A stretch of DNA of 64,000 nucleotides, taken from positions 4,295 through 68,294 of the forward strand of contig URWN01000001.1 in NCBI GenBank assembly GCA_900551615.1. Direction: 5' to 3'. Origin of the DNA: an uncultured Clostridium sp. GTDB taxonomy: Bacteria; Bacillota; Clostridia; TANB77; CAG-508. The notes under the pieces were generated by a model. That model saw only the letters and a list, made by a program, of their open reading frames with translations. It searched no databases and was not told the origin of the DNA. How positions within the stretch are numbered: the first letter of the stretch is position 1; each line of letters opens with the position of its first letter. Below, one piece after another: positions 37,946 to 47,458 of the stretch. Position numbers and translations under genes: made by a program.

Positions 37946-40567
37946 ATGATACAACTATTTGAAATTAAGAAAAAAGTAAAACAAATGAAAAACACAGACA
38001 AAGAACTACTAGAAAAATACACAGAAACATCAAAGAAAAGCAAAGAAGAAATCCTAAAACAATACAACACAAAAGAAGAAGGACTAACACAAAAAGAATA
38101 CGAAAAAAGATATGAACAAAATGGTCCAAACATAGTAGTAAAAAACGAGAAAAAAAGTTGGATAGAATTCTTCATAAAATCATTCAATGACAAATTTATA
38201 TACATATTACTACTATTAGCATTAATAGACTTCGTACTATCAGATAAATTAGGAGCAGGAATAATAGTAGGAATAGCAGTAGTAAGTGCATTTATAAAAT
38301 TTTGCCAAAACTACTCAACATATAAATTCAATCAAAAACTAAAAGCACAAATATATTCAAGTACAAATGTAGTAAGAAGTGGAAAAGAAAAAGAAGTAAG
38401 AGTAGAAAACATAGCAATAGGAGACATTATAAAACTAAATGCAGGTTCAATAATACCAGCAGATGTAATACTAATAGAAAGCAAAGATTTATTCTTGAAC
38501 CAATCAGTATTCACAGGAGAAAGTGTTTTAGTTGAAAAAACAACAACTTCAAACGAACCAAAAGGAATATTTGATATAAACAACATATGCTTAATGGGAT
38601 CAAGTGTAGTCAGTGGAAGCGGAACAGCAGTAACAATACAAACAGGATTTGACACATATTTAGGAAGAATGAGTAAAGAAATCGACAATAAAAAAGAAAT
38701 AACAAACTTTGAAAAAGGAATGAATAACATCACAAAACTACTAATAAAATATATGGTAGTAGTGTCAATAGCAGTATTTATAATTTATGCATTCATAAGA
38801 CATGACTTAATGGAAGCATTACTATTTGCGTTATCAGTAGCAGTTGGAATAACACCAAGCATGTTACCAATGATAGTAAATGTAAACTTAACAAAAGGAA
38901 GCAAAACACTAGCAAAAAAGAAAACACTAGTAAAAAACATACAATCAATTCAAAACTTAGGAGCAATAGACATCTTATGTACAGACAAAACAGGAACATT
39001 AACACAAGATAAAATAACATTGCAAAAATACATAAATGTAATGGGAGAAGAAGACATAGACATTTTAAAATATGCATATCTAAACAGTTACTATGGAACA
39101 GGAATAAAAAATCTAGTTGATAAAGCAGTAATAGCATATGGAAATCAACACAAAATAAAACAAGTTCTAAAAGAATATGAAAAAGTAGACGAAATCCCAT
39201 TTGACTACACAAGAAAAAGAATGAGTGTAGTTGTAAAAAATGAAGATGGCTACAGAATGCTAACAAAAGGTGCAATAGAAGAAATTTTAAAATGTTGCAA
39301 ACAAGTAAAATATAAAGATGAGATAATTCCAATAACAGAAGATTTAATAAAACAAATTGAAGTAAACGCAAATAATTTATCAAATATGGGAATGCAAGTA
39401 ATTGCACTAGCAACAAAAAAAGAATATCCAGGTGTAAATGTATTTAATAGCAGTGATGAAAGTGAAATGACATTTGTAGGATATGTTGCATTTTTAGATC
39501 CACCAAAAAAAGATGTAAAGAAAACAATAAATGACTTAAAGAAAATTAGAGTAAAAACAAAAATTTTAACAGGAGATAATGCATATGCAACAAAAAACAT
39601 ATGTAACACAGTAGGATTAAGATCAGACAGAATAATTACAGGAGTAGAGCTAGACCAAATGTCAGATGAAGAATTAGAAAAAGCAGTAGAAGAAGTAGAC
39701 GTTTTTGCAAGACTAAATCCATTACAAAAAGAAAGAGTTGTAAAAACATACAAGAAAAATGGCCATGTAGTAGGATATATGGGAGACGGTGTAAATGACG
39801 CACCATCACTACACACAGCAGATGTAGGAATTTGTGTAGATTCTGCAACAGACATAGCAAAAGAGGCAAGTGATATAATCTTACTAGAAAAAAGTTTGCA
39901 AGTAATATATGATGGGGTAATCGAAGGAAGAAAAGTATATGGAAACATTATAAAATATATGAAAATGGCATTAAGCTCAGACTTTGGAGATGTATTTAGT
40001 ATATTAATAGCAAGTATCTTTTTACCATTTTTACCACTATTGCCAATACAAATGTTAATACAAGACTTTTTATATGATATATCACAAATAGCAATTCCAT
40101 ATGATGACGTAGATAAAGAATTCTTGGAAAAACCACGAAAATGGGATACAAAAGGACTTGGGAAATTCATGAATGTAATGGGAATTACAAGTTCAATAAC
40201 AGATGTAATAGCATTTGTAGTATTTTGGTTTGTATTTGGATACAACAGTGTAGACAAACAATCATGGTTCCAAACAGCATGGTTTGTAGAATGCCTAATA
40301 AGTGAAACAATGATAATTCACTATGTTAGAACAGCCAAAATGCCATTCATAGAATCAAGAGCAAATAAATTTTTAACAATATCAACATTGATAACAATAA
40401 TAGGAACAATAGTGACACCAATATTGTTGCATAATGTAGGTACATTTAATTTTGAAATATTACCAGGAAAATATTATGCATTTGTCGTATTATTACTTAT
40501 AATATATACTGTACTTGTTCAAAGTATAAAGAAAATTTATATTAAGAAAAATGGTGAGTGGTTATAA
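37946..40567 (+). CDS. mgtA: magnesium-translocating P-type ATPase
   Basis: CTDKTGTLT phosphorylation site, TGES, MGDGVNDAPSL, about 10 TM segments. Start uncertain (ORF opens at 37937). Confidence 0.85.
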   Translation: MIQLFEIKKKVKQMKNTDKELLEKYTETSKKSKEEILKQYNTKEEGLTQKEYEKRYEQNGPNIVVKNEKKSWIEFFIKSFNDKFIYILLLLALIDFVLSDKLGAGIIVGIAVVSAFIKFCQNYSTYKFNQKLKAQIYSSTNVVRSGKEKEVRVENIAIGDIIKLNAGSIIPADVILIESKDLFLNQSVFTGESVLVEKTTTSNEPKGIFDINNICLMGSSVVSGSGTAVTIQTGFDTYLGRMSKEIDNKKEITNFEKGMNNITKLLIKYMVVVSIAVFIIYAFIRHDLMEALLFALSVAVGITPSMLPMIVNVNLTKGSKTLAKKKTLVKNIQSIQNLGAIDILCTDKTGTLTQDKITLQKYINVMGEEDIDILKYAYLNSYYGTGIKNLVDKAVIAYGNQHKIKQVLKEYEKVDEIPFDYTRKRMSVVVKNEDGYRMLTKGAIEEILKCCKQVKYKDEIIPITEDLIKQIEVNANNLSNMGMQVIALATKKEYPGVNVFNSSDESEMTFVGYVAFLDPPKKDVKKTINDLKKIRVKTKILTGDNAYATKNICNTVGLRSDRIITGVELDQMSDEELEKAVEEVDVFARLNPLQKERVVKTYKKNGHVVGYMGDGVNDAPSLHTADVGICVDSATDIAKEASDIILLEKSLQVIYDGVIEGRKVYGNIIKYMKMALSSDFGDVFSILIASIFLPFLPLLPIQMLIQDFLYDISQIAIPYDDVDKEFLEKPRKWDTKGLGKFMNVMGITSSITDVIAFVVFWFVFGYNSVDKQSWFQTAWFVECLISETMIIHYVRTAKMPFIESRANKFLTISTLITIIGTIVTPILLHNVGTFNFEILPGKYYAFVVLLLIIYTVLVQSIKKIYIKKNGEWL

Positions 40568-40586
40568 TTTTTTGTATATCATTTTT

Positions 40587-40711
40587 TGAAATTAATAATT
40601 TATTTATTTTTCGTTGCCCCATTCTAAAAATTCTAACAAAAGTTTTCAACTTTTTAGAATTTTTGAACGGTCCCCACGAATCACTTCAAAATATATAAAT
40701 TATTAATTTCA
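40587..40711. repeat. nested palindrome downstream of mgtA
   Basis: Perfect 17-nt inverted repeat tgaaattaataatttat (40587-40603) / ataaattattaatttca (40695-40711). It encloses ttcgt...acgaa and the near-perfect palindrome aaaaattctaacaaaagttttcaactttttagaattttt. Confidence 0.75.
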
Positions 40712-40782
40712 TAGAAATATTATAAAATAAAAAATCAGGACTGAAATCACAGCACTAAAATTCATAAAAAGGGAGAAGAAAG

Positions 40783-41448
40783 ATGGAAGAATGTAAAATA
40801 AAAAATTTATATAATTTAGATGAAACAATAGCAAAAAAAATATTTGAAGGAGCAACATACCCATGGGAGGTATTACCAAAAATAAATGATTTCATAATAG
40901 AATTAGGAAATACACTAGATACAGAAGAATATGACAAAATAGGAGAAGATGTATGGATTGCAAAATCAGCAACAGTTGCGCCAACAGCATACATACATGG
41001 ACCAGCAATAATAGGAAAAAATGCAGAAATAAGACACTGTGCATTTATAAGAGGAAAAGCAATAGTAGGAGAAGGCGCAGTAGTAGGAAACTCAACAGAA
41101 CTAAAAAATGTAATACTATTTAACAAAGTTCAAGTACCACACTATAACTATGTAGGAGATTCAATATTAGGATACAAATCACACATGGGAGCAGGTTCAA
41201 TAACATCAAATGTAAAGTCTGACAAAAAATTGGTAGTTGTAAAAAATGACACAGAAAAAATAGAAACAGGTCTAAAAAAATTCGGAGCAATGTTAGGAGA
41301 CGAAGTAGAAGTAGGATGTGGTTCAGTACTAAACCCAGGAACTGTAATCGGAAGCCATAGCAACATATATCCTCTATCATCTGTAAGAAAAGTAGTTCCA
41401 GCAAACAGCATATACAAAAATCAAAATGAAATTGTAGAAAAAATCTAA
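40783..41448 (+). CDS. hexapeptide-repeat (left-handed beta-helix) transferase
   Basis: Repeated [LIV]G hexapeptide pattern (IGKNAEIRHCAFIRGKAIVGEGAVVGNSTEL...). Confidence 0.7.
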   Translation: MEECKIKNLYNLDETIAKKIFEGATYPWEVLPKINDFIIELGNTLDTEEYDKIGEDVWIAKSATVAPTAYIHGPAIIGKNAEIRHCAFIRGKAIVGEGAVVGNSTELKNVILFNKVQVPHYNYVGDSILGYKSHMGAGSITSNVKSDKKLVVVKNDTEKIETGLKKFGAMLGDEVEVGCGSVLNPGTVIGSHSNIYPLSSVRKVVPANSIYKNQNEIVEKI

Positions 41449-41490
41449 ATAAAATCATAATAAGGGAAAAATCCCTAGTTAGGAGAAAAA

Positions 41491-42111
41491 ATGAAAGTTA
41501 TTTTAGTAAATGGAAGTCCACACGAAAAAGGCTGCACATACACAGCCTTAACAGAGGTACAAAAAACACTAGAGAAAAACGAAATAGAAACAGAAATATT
41601 CTGGGTTGGAAACAAACCAATATCAGGATGTTTAGGATGTGGAAACTGCATAAAAACAGGGAAATGTTTTATGGAAGACAAAGTAAATGAATTTCTAGAA
41701 AAAGTACCAGAGGCAGATGGATTTGTATTTGGAACACCAGTACATTTTGCATCTGGAAGCGGAATGATAACATCATTTATGGACAGAGCATTTTATGGAA
41801 GAAGAGAATTATTCAAAAACAAATTAGCATCAGCAGTTGTAAGTTGCAGAAGAGGCGGAGCAACATCAACATTTGACCAAATAAACAAATATTTTGCAAT
41901 GAACAACATGCCAATAGTAACATCTCAATATTGGAATATGGTACATGGAAGCAAACCAGAAGACGTATTAAAAGATGAAGAAGGATTGCAAACAATGAGA
42001 ACATTAGCAAACAATATGTCATGGCTTTTAAAATGTATAGAAACTGGCAAAAAATCAGGTATAAAAGAGCCAGAAAATGAAAAAATAATATCAACAAACT
42101 TTATTAGGTAA
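41491..42111 (+). CDS. flavodoxin-like NAD(P)H-dependent FMN reductase family protein
   Basis: MKVILVNGSPHEKGCTY N-terminus and GTPVHFASGSG, typical of iron-sulfur flavoprotein/FMN reductase folds. Confidence 0.7.
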   Translation: MKVILVNGSPHEKGCTYTALTEVQKTLEKNEIETEIFWVGNKPISGCLGCGNCIKTGKCFMEDKVNEFLEKVPEADGFVFGTPVHFASGSGMITSFMDRAFYGRRELFKNKLASAVVSCRRGGATSTFDQINKYFAMNNMPIVTSQYWNMVHGSKPEDVLKDEEGLQTMRTLANNMSWLLKCIETGKKSGIKEPENEKIISTNFIR

Positions 42112-42158
42112 GCATGATTTTAAATCATGCTCATTTATATATTAGGAGGATGAAAAAT

Positions 42159-43052
42159 ATGAATATAGCAACAACGTTCTTTAAAGCAACAGATGATGTG
42201 GATTTAAAAGGAGTCATGTATAAGAATCAAAGCAAAACAAATAAAGTATTAATATCAATACATGGAATGGCAACAAATTGTTTGAAGGAAAGAGACGAAA
42301 AAATAGCTGAAAAAGCAAATGAACTAAATATTGATTTTTTTGCATTTAATAACAGAGGACATGATATAGTAAATTATATAAAAAAAGAAAATCAAGAGAA
42401 ACAAGAACTTGCAGGAACAGCATATGAAGAAATATCAGAAAGTTACAATGATATTGTTGGAGCAATAAACTATGCAACAAGCCACGGATATGAAGAAATA
42501 TATATAATGGGGCATAGCCTAGGATGCACAAAAACAATATATACCTACAATAAATTAATAGAAGAAAAACAAGAAAAAACATTAGAAAGAATAAAAGGAA
42601 TAATACTATTATCATTAGTAGACATTCCACTAGCACTACAAGTGTATCTAAAAGATGATTTTCCAGTAATGGTAACATATGCCAAAAACATGAAAAAAGA
42701 AAAAATGGAAAATCAATTAATGCCAGAAGAAAGTTTCATACATCCAATAAGTGTCAACACATTTTTAAGATATGCAATAGAAAACAAAGATATAGACTTT
42801 GCAAAATTTTCAGACAAAAACTATGATTACAAAGAAATAAACAACATCAAAGTACCACTATTTATGAGATGGGGAAATGATAGAGAATTAATAATTCAAA
42901 AAGCGGACGAGCTATGTAAAATGGTAAAAGAAAAAATAAAAAACGACAAATTAGACATAGGATATATAGAAGGAGCAAATCATAGTTATACAGGAAAAGA
43001 AGAAATTTTAGCAAACGAAATACAAAACTTTTTAAGAGAAATAGTCGAATAA
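42159..43052 (+). CDS. alpha/beta hydrolase
   Basis: Nucleophile elbow GHSLG. Start set at the ATG 9 nt after aggagg. Confidence 0.7.
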   Translation: MNIATTFFKATDDVDLKGVMYKNQSKTNKVLISIHGMATNCLKERDEKIAEKANELNIDFFAFNNRGHDIVNYIKKENQEKQELAGTAYEEISESYNDIVGAINYATSHGYEEIYIMGHSLGCTKTIYTYNKLIEEKQEKTLERIKGIILLSLVDIPLALQVYLKDDFPVMVTYAKNMKKEKMENQLMPEESFIHPISVNTFLRYAIENKDIDFAKFSDKNYDYKEINNIKVPLFMRWGNDRELIIQKADELCKMVKEKIKNDKLDIGYIEGANHSYTGKEEILANEIQNFLREIVE

Positions 43053-43118
43053 AAAAGAAAAATAATAAAATATAGTAGAAATAACAAATTTTATGTCAAA
43101 ACTTGCGATGAAAAATCC

Positions 43119-43147
43119 TTGCAAACCATTGAAAATAGTAGTAATAT
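43119..43147 (+). promoter_or_regulatory. sigma-A promoter TTGCAA-N17-TAATAT
   Basis: Lies inside the long ORF-track reading frame 43093-43506, which argues for the shorter TTG-start CDS. Confidence 0.5.
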
Positions 43148-43188
43148 ATAAATTGTCACAACACAAACAAAAGAAAAGGGGGATTTTT

Positions 43189-43506
43189 TTGAAAACATTT
43201 TTTGGCAGTGTATTTATTGAAAAAGAGAAACTTGAAGAAGCAGGAATAACACATCCAATAAAATTAGAATATTACAAGCAAATAAATGAAGACGAAATAA
43301 ATTCATATGAAAAACCCAAATATGGAATTCATATAATAAAAACAGAATATGAACCAAACTATACAAAAGTAGAAAATAAAAGTATAAAATATGTAACAAA
43401 TGATGAAATAGAAGCAAATCAAATTCTAGATATTTTTAGAAAAAATCAAGTGACTCCAATTAATGCTGAAGAAGTCATAGTAGATTTATTTAGAAAAAAA
43501 TTTTAA
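43189..43506 (+). CDS. hypothetical protein
   Basis: TTG start behind aaaggggga. 105 aa. Confidence 0.5.
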   Translation: MKTFFGSVFIEKEKLEEAGITHPIKLEYYKQINEDEINSYEKPKYGIHIIKTEYEPNYTKVENKSIKYVTNDEIEANQILDIFRKNQVTPINAEEVIVDLFRKKF

Positions 43507-43666
43507 GTATGAAAAATAAACCATTCCACTTTTGAACGAGCAGAATGGTTTATTAACATTTTAATAATAAATATCAATTTTTTAATACAATTTTAGAAAA
43601 AACTTGCAAAAAATGAAAAAATGTTCTAGAATACAAAGAGTATTACAAAAAACTATGGGAGGAATT

Positions 43667-45757
43667 ATGGCCGATAAATTAATAATAGTTGAATCACCAG
43701 CAAAAGCAAACACAATAAAAAAATTCCTAGGAGGAAACACAAAAGTTGTAGCCTCAATGGGACATATAAGAGATTTACCAAAATCAAAGCTAGGTGTAGA
43801 CATAGAACACGATTTTGAACCAGAATATATAAATATAAGAGGAAAAGGAGATTTAATAAAATCTCTAAAAGCTGATAGCAAAAAAGCAAAAAAAGTCTAT
43901 TTAGCAACTGACCCTGACCGTGAGGGTGAAGCGATAGCATGGCACCTAGCAAAAATATTAGAAGATGACAAAGACAAAATAACAAGAGTCACTTTTAATG
44001 AAATAACAAAATCAGCAGTACAAAAAGCAATAAAAGAACCAAGAGATATTGACTTAAATACTGTTGATGCACAACAAGCAAGAAGAGTATTAGACAGAAT
44101 AGTTGGATACAAAATAAGTCCATTACTATGGAAAAAAGTAAAAAGAGGACTATCAGCAGGAAGAGTCCAATCAGTTGCAGTAAGACTAATAGTAGACAGA
44201 GAAACAGAAATTGAAAACTTTATACCACAAGAATATTGGAACATATATGCAAACTTAAAAGACGAAAAATCAAAAAAAGAATTTGAAGCAAGATTCTATG
44301 GAAAAAACGGAAAAAGACAAGAAATAAACTCAAAAGAACAAGTTGACCAAATTTTAAAGGACATAGAAAAAGCAAAATACATAGTATCAGACATCAAAAA
44401 AGGTGAAAAAAAGAGAAATCCTGCACCACCATTTACAACAAGTACAATGCAACAAGAAGCATCAAGAAAATTAGGATTCACATTAAAGAAAACAATGTCT
44501 GTTGCACAAACATTATATGAAGGTGTAAAAATATCAGACAGAGGAACAGTAGGTCTAATCACATACATGAGAACAGACTCAACAAGAATATCAGAAGAAG
44601 CAAGAGCTGCTGCAAAAACACACATAGTATCAACATATGGTGAAGAATTCTATGAAAACAGATACTATAAAACAAGCAAAGATGCACAGGATGCACATGA
44701 AGGTATAAGACCAACATATTCAGACATAGAGCCGGACAGTGTAAAAGACGAATTAAGTAAAGACCAATACAAATTATATAAATTAATTTACAACAGATTT
44801 ATGGCAAGCCAAATGAAACCAGCAATTTATGACACAATGGCGGTAAATATAAAGGCAAATGAATATGACTTTAAAGCCAATGGCCAAAACTTAAAATTCA
44901 AAGGATTTATGATTTTATATGTAGAAGGAACAGACGAAAAAGAAGAACAAGAAGCAGGAATGTTACCAGCGTTAGAAGAAAAACAAGAAGTAAAATTAAT
45001 AAAAATAAATCCAAAACAAAGCTTTACAGAACCACCAGCAAGATACACAGAAGCAAGCCTAGTAAAGGCTTTGGAAGAAAAAGGGATAGGAAGACCAAGT
45101 ACATATTCACCAACAATCACAACTATTTTAGAAAGAAGATACATAGAAAAAGAAAAAAGACAACTAATACCAACAGAACTTGGAAAAATAGTAAACAAAC
45201 TACTTACAGAAAACTTTTCAGACATAGTAAATGTAGAATTTACAGCCAAAATAGAAAATGAATTTGACGAAATAGCAGAAGGAAAAGAAAAATGGAAAAA
45301 AATAATCAGAGAATTCTATGGACCATTTAAAGAAGAATTAGAAAAAGCCGAAAAAGAGCTAGAGCACGTACAACTAGTTGACGAAGTATCTGATGTCCAA
45401 TGTGAAAAATGCGGAAGAATGATGGTGTACAAATATGGAAGATACGGAAAATTCTTAGCATGTCCAGGTTTCCCAGAATGTAGAAATGTAAAACCAATAA
45501 TAGAAACAATAGATGTTCCATGTCCAAAATGTGGAGCAACAGTACAAGTAAGAAAAACAAAAAGAAAAAGAAACTACTATATTTGCGAAAACAACCCAGC
45601 ATCATGTGATTACATTTCTTGGAATAAACCAAAGCAAGGAGAAAAATGGAATCCAGAAGAAGCAGAAGAAGTAAAAAAAGAAACAGAAAAGAAACCAAAA
45701 TCAACAAAAAAAGCTTCAACTAAAAGAAAAACCACTACAAAAAAATCAAAAAAATAA
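43667..45757 (+). CDS. topA: DNA topoisomerase I
   Basis: TOPRIM LIIVESPAKA / DPDREGEAI, catalytic-Tyr region ITYMRTDS, two C-terminal Cys4 zinc ribbons, Lys-rich tail. Confidence 0.95.
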   Translation: MADKLIIVESPAKANTIKKFLGGNTKVVASMGHIRDLPKSKLGVDIEHDFEPEYINIRGKGDLIKSLKADSKKAKKVYLATDPDREGEAIAWHLAKILEDDKDKITRVTFNEITKSAVQKAIKEPRDIDLNTVDAQQARRVLDRIVGYKISPLLWKKVKRGLSAGRVQSVAVRLIVDRETEIENFIPQEYWNIYANLKDEKSKKEFEARFYGKNGKRQEINSKEQVDQILKDIEKAKYIVSDIKKGEKKRNPAPPFTTSTMQQEASRKLGFTLKKTMSVAQTLYEGVKISDRGTVGLITYMRTDSTRISEEARAAAKTHIVSTYGEEFYENRYYKTSKDAQDAHEGIRPTYSDIEPDSVKDELSKDQYKLYKLIYNRFMASQMKPAIYDTMAVNIKANEYDFKANGQNLKFKGFMILYVEGTDEKEEQEAGMLPALEEKQEVKLIKINPKQSFTEPPARYTEASLVKALEEKGIGRPSTYSPTITTILERRYIEKEKRQLIPTELGKIVNKLLTENFSDIVNVEFTAKIENEFDEIAEGKEKWKKIIREFYGPFKEELEKAEKELEHVQLVDEVSDVQCEKCGRMMVYKYGRYGKFLACPGFPECRNVKPIIETIDVPCPKCGATVQVRKTKRKRNYYICENNPASCDYISWNKPKQGEKWNPEEAEEVKKETEKKPKSTKKASTKRKTTTKKSKK

Positions 45758-45810
45758 AAAATAGGGATTAGGGGGACGGGTCTCCAATCCCTAAAATTAT
45801 TTTAAAACTA

Positions 45811-45839
45811 TTGACAATATTTATAATATTTGGTATCAT
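45811..45839 (+). promoter_or_regulatory. sigma-A promoter TTGACA-N17-TATCAT for the tRNA pair
   Basis: Exact -35, 17-nt spacer, 45 nt upstream of tRNA-Gly. Confidence 0.65.
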
Positions 45840-45884
45840 ATTAATTGATTTTGAATATAATTAAATATAACAACAAGCAAAAAT

Positions 45885-45958
45885 GCAGGTATAGTTTAGT
45901 GGTAAAACATAACCTTGCCAAGGTTAAGTTACGGGTCCGATTCCCGTTACCTGCTCCA
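45885..45958 (+). tRNA. tRNA-Gly (GCC), CCA encoded
   Basis: GCAGGTATAGTTTAGTGGTAAAAC...CCTTGCCAAGG anticodon arm...GGGTCCGATTCCCGTTACCTGCTCCA. Confidence 0.9.
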
Positions 45959-45991
45959 CAAAGTTTCTATTTAAATATAAAAATTAAATAT

Positions 45992-46065
45992 GGCGAGTTA
46001 GCCAAGCGGTAAGGCACGAGTCTGCAAAACTCTGATGATCGGTCCGACTCCGATACTCGCCTCCA
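45992..46065 (+). tRNA. tRNA-Cys (GCA), CCA encoded
   Basis: GGCGAGTTAGCCAAGCGGTAAGGC...GAGTCTGCAAAACTC anticodon arm...CGGTCCGACTCCGATACTCGCCTCCA. Confidence 0.9.
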
Positions 46066-46072
46066 ATAAAAA

Positions 46073-46113
46073 ATCGATAAAACGTTGGAATATCAACATT
46101 TTATCGATTTTTT
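46073..46113 (+). terminator. rho-independent terminator of the tRNA operon
   Basis: 15-bp stem atcgataaaacgttg / caacattttatcgat (one mismatch), followed by TTTTT. Confidence 0.75.
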
Positions 46114-46290
46114 ATGTTTTAGTGTTAAAAATAAAAATATAGTAAAATTATTTGTAAAATTTTACTATGTTCGCTTGTTTTTAAAAGAAAAATATTATAA
46201 TATAATTGGCATAGGAAATGAGATAAAAGCAGATGTGGGTGTTACCTTTAATTCCTCAACAATAGTTGAGAGATTGGAGGTGGTGTTTAT

Positions 46291-46398
46291 ATGTTAGATT
46301 TTTTAATATTCTTAATAATAGGATTTATGATTTCAATAACTATAAACGTTGCCTTATTAAGTGTTATATACATAATACTATCAAATAAGCAACAATAA
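46291..46398 (+). CDS. 35-aa hydrophobic peptide (type I toxin-like or small membrane protein)
   Basis: MLDFLIFLIIGFMISITINVALLSVIYIILSNKQQ. GGAGGTGG lies 7 nt upstream. A hairpin atacaccac...gtggtgtat follows downstream. Confidence 0.45.
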   Translation: MLDFLIFLIIGFMISITINVALLSVIYIILSNKQQ

Positions 46399-46547
46399 AA
46401 AATACACCACATACGCTTTCACAGAGCTAGTGGTGTATACTTAAACTTTTTTAGGTAACACACATTATTTGTGTTCTCATTTTCTATTTATATTATACAC
46501 AGAATTCTAATGATTGTCAAACAAAACTTTATATGAGGAAAATATAA

Positions 46548-46712
46548 ATGGAAAAAAAGTTATTTTAATACAGGGAGCATTAGACATTGAAACAAACTAT
46601 TTTTTTAAATAAACGTGCTAAAGAACTACAAGAAGAAATTGATAAAGAAAAGGCTATTGAATTACAAAAATTGTTATTTAAAATATTAAAAGAATTAGCA
46701 TGCAATTTATAA
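46548..46712 (+). pseudogene. possible MTA/SAH-nucleosidase-like gene remnant
   Basis: After an A7 run the shifted frame reads KKVILIQGALDIETNYF. It stops, and a short helical tail ...LLFKILKELACNL follows. Most of the gene is missing. Confidence 0.25.
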
Positions 46713-46714
46713 AA

Positions 46715-46751
46715 ATAAAAAAGAAAAGGAGTACTGATATTTCAGTACTCC
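46715..46751 (-). terminator. terminator of the minus-strand gene 46773-47279
   Basis: ggagtactg / cagtactcc stem. T-run on the minus strand. Confidence 0.7.
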
Positions 46752-46772
46752 CTCTCTTTCTTTGTTTAACAA

Positions 46773-47279
46773 TTAACGGAAGTTAATTGTCAGCTCAAAA
46801 CGTGCAGACAAAGAACCATTATCAAAATCAAAATTCTTTAACTCAATAGAACTCAAATAAAAAGAATATTTAGTATTCATTGCTAAATTAATTGATTTCA
46901 ATGAAATGTCTACAAATGCTTTCATATCCTTCTGAATAGCATTCTTGGAATCATCAAGCGAACCAGCTGACAATTTAAGCCTTTCTTCATAAACAGATAA
47001 ATCAAGATAATCATGGGCATAAACCCAAATGGATTTCTCAGTTGACAAAGAAGCAGAATCAATTTGCATAATAGAACGACTATATTTTTCTAAGACTTTC
47101 TCAGCAAACATTGCAGTTGCATCATTAGGATATTCAAAAGACTTTGCCTTTTGAATGCACTCACTTAGATTGGCCAACTCTTTATTTGTCCGTTTTATTA
47201 AACGTTGTAACTTTGATTGCTTTTTTAAATCTCTACGTAAGAGACTTAAAATGTTAGAAAACAAACTTTCATTTTCCAT
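46773..47279 (-). CDS. hypothetical protein
   Basis: 168-aa ORF on the minority strand with its own terminator. No motif recognised. Confidence 0.6.
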   Translation of the reverse strand: MENESLFSNILSLLRRDLKKQSKLQRLIKRTNKELANLSECIQKAKSFEYPNDATAMFAEKVLEKYSRSIMQIDSASLSTEKSIWVYAHDYLDLSVYEERLKLSAGSLDDSKNAIQKDMKAFVDISLKSINLAMNTKYSFYLSSIELKNFDFDNGSLSARFELTINFR

Positions 47280-47458
47280 ATGTATTACCTCACTTTTTGT
47301 TTTTTTATTTCCAGAATTTTATCACCCAACAGAATAAGTGTCAATTGAAAATGACAAAAAAAGACAAAAAATACTATATTTTTAACTTATTTTATGCTAC
47401 AATAAAACCATTATACAAAATAAGTAGACAAATTAAAAAATAGAAAGAAGGCAAATAA

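Noticed and set aside
39250-40257. Long antisense ORFs across core genes: 335 aa opposite mgtA, 272 aa opposite dus (55372-56190), 184 aa opposite minE (53333-53887), and many others in the track.
   Set aside because: The sense strands are extremely T-poor. TTA, CTA and TCA are therefore rare, so the antisense frames stay open by chance. Their products are low-complexity Leu/Phe/Ser-rich, they lack RBSs, and they overlap well-supported genes.
43093-43188. N-terminal 32 codons of the ORF-track reading frame 43093-43506.
   Set aside because: A consensus-like promoter (TTGCAA-N17-TAATAT, 43119-43147) lies inside this stretch, and a TTG start with a strong RBS follows at 43189. The shorter CDS is preferred.
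45763-45800. GC-rich hairpins sharing GGGATTAG..GG...CTCCAATCCC (45763-45792 and 58418-58447, with relatives at 1874-1908 and about 55131), considered as a REP-like repeat family.
   Set aside because: All sit exactly at gene ends as terminators. With only two clearly similar copies in the window, a dispersed repeat family cannot be supported from this sequence alone.
46085-46297. 70-aa ORF starting inside the tRNA-Cys terminator.
   Set aside because: It has no RBS and starts within a terminator hairpin. The only plausible coding unit here is the SD-preceded 35-codon ORF at 46291.
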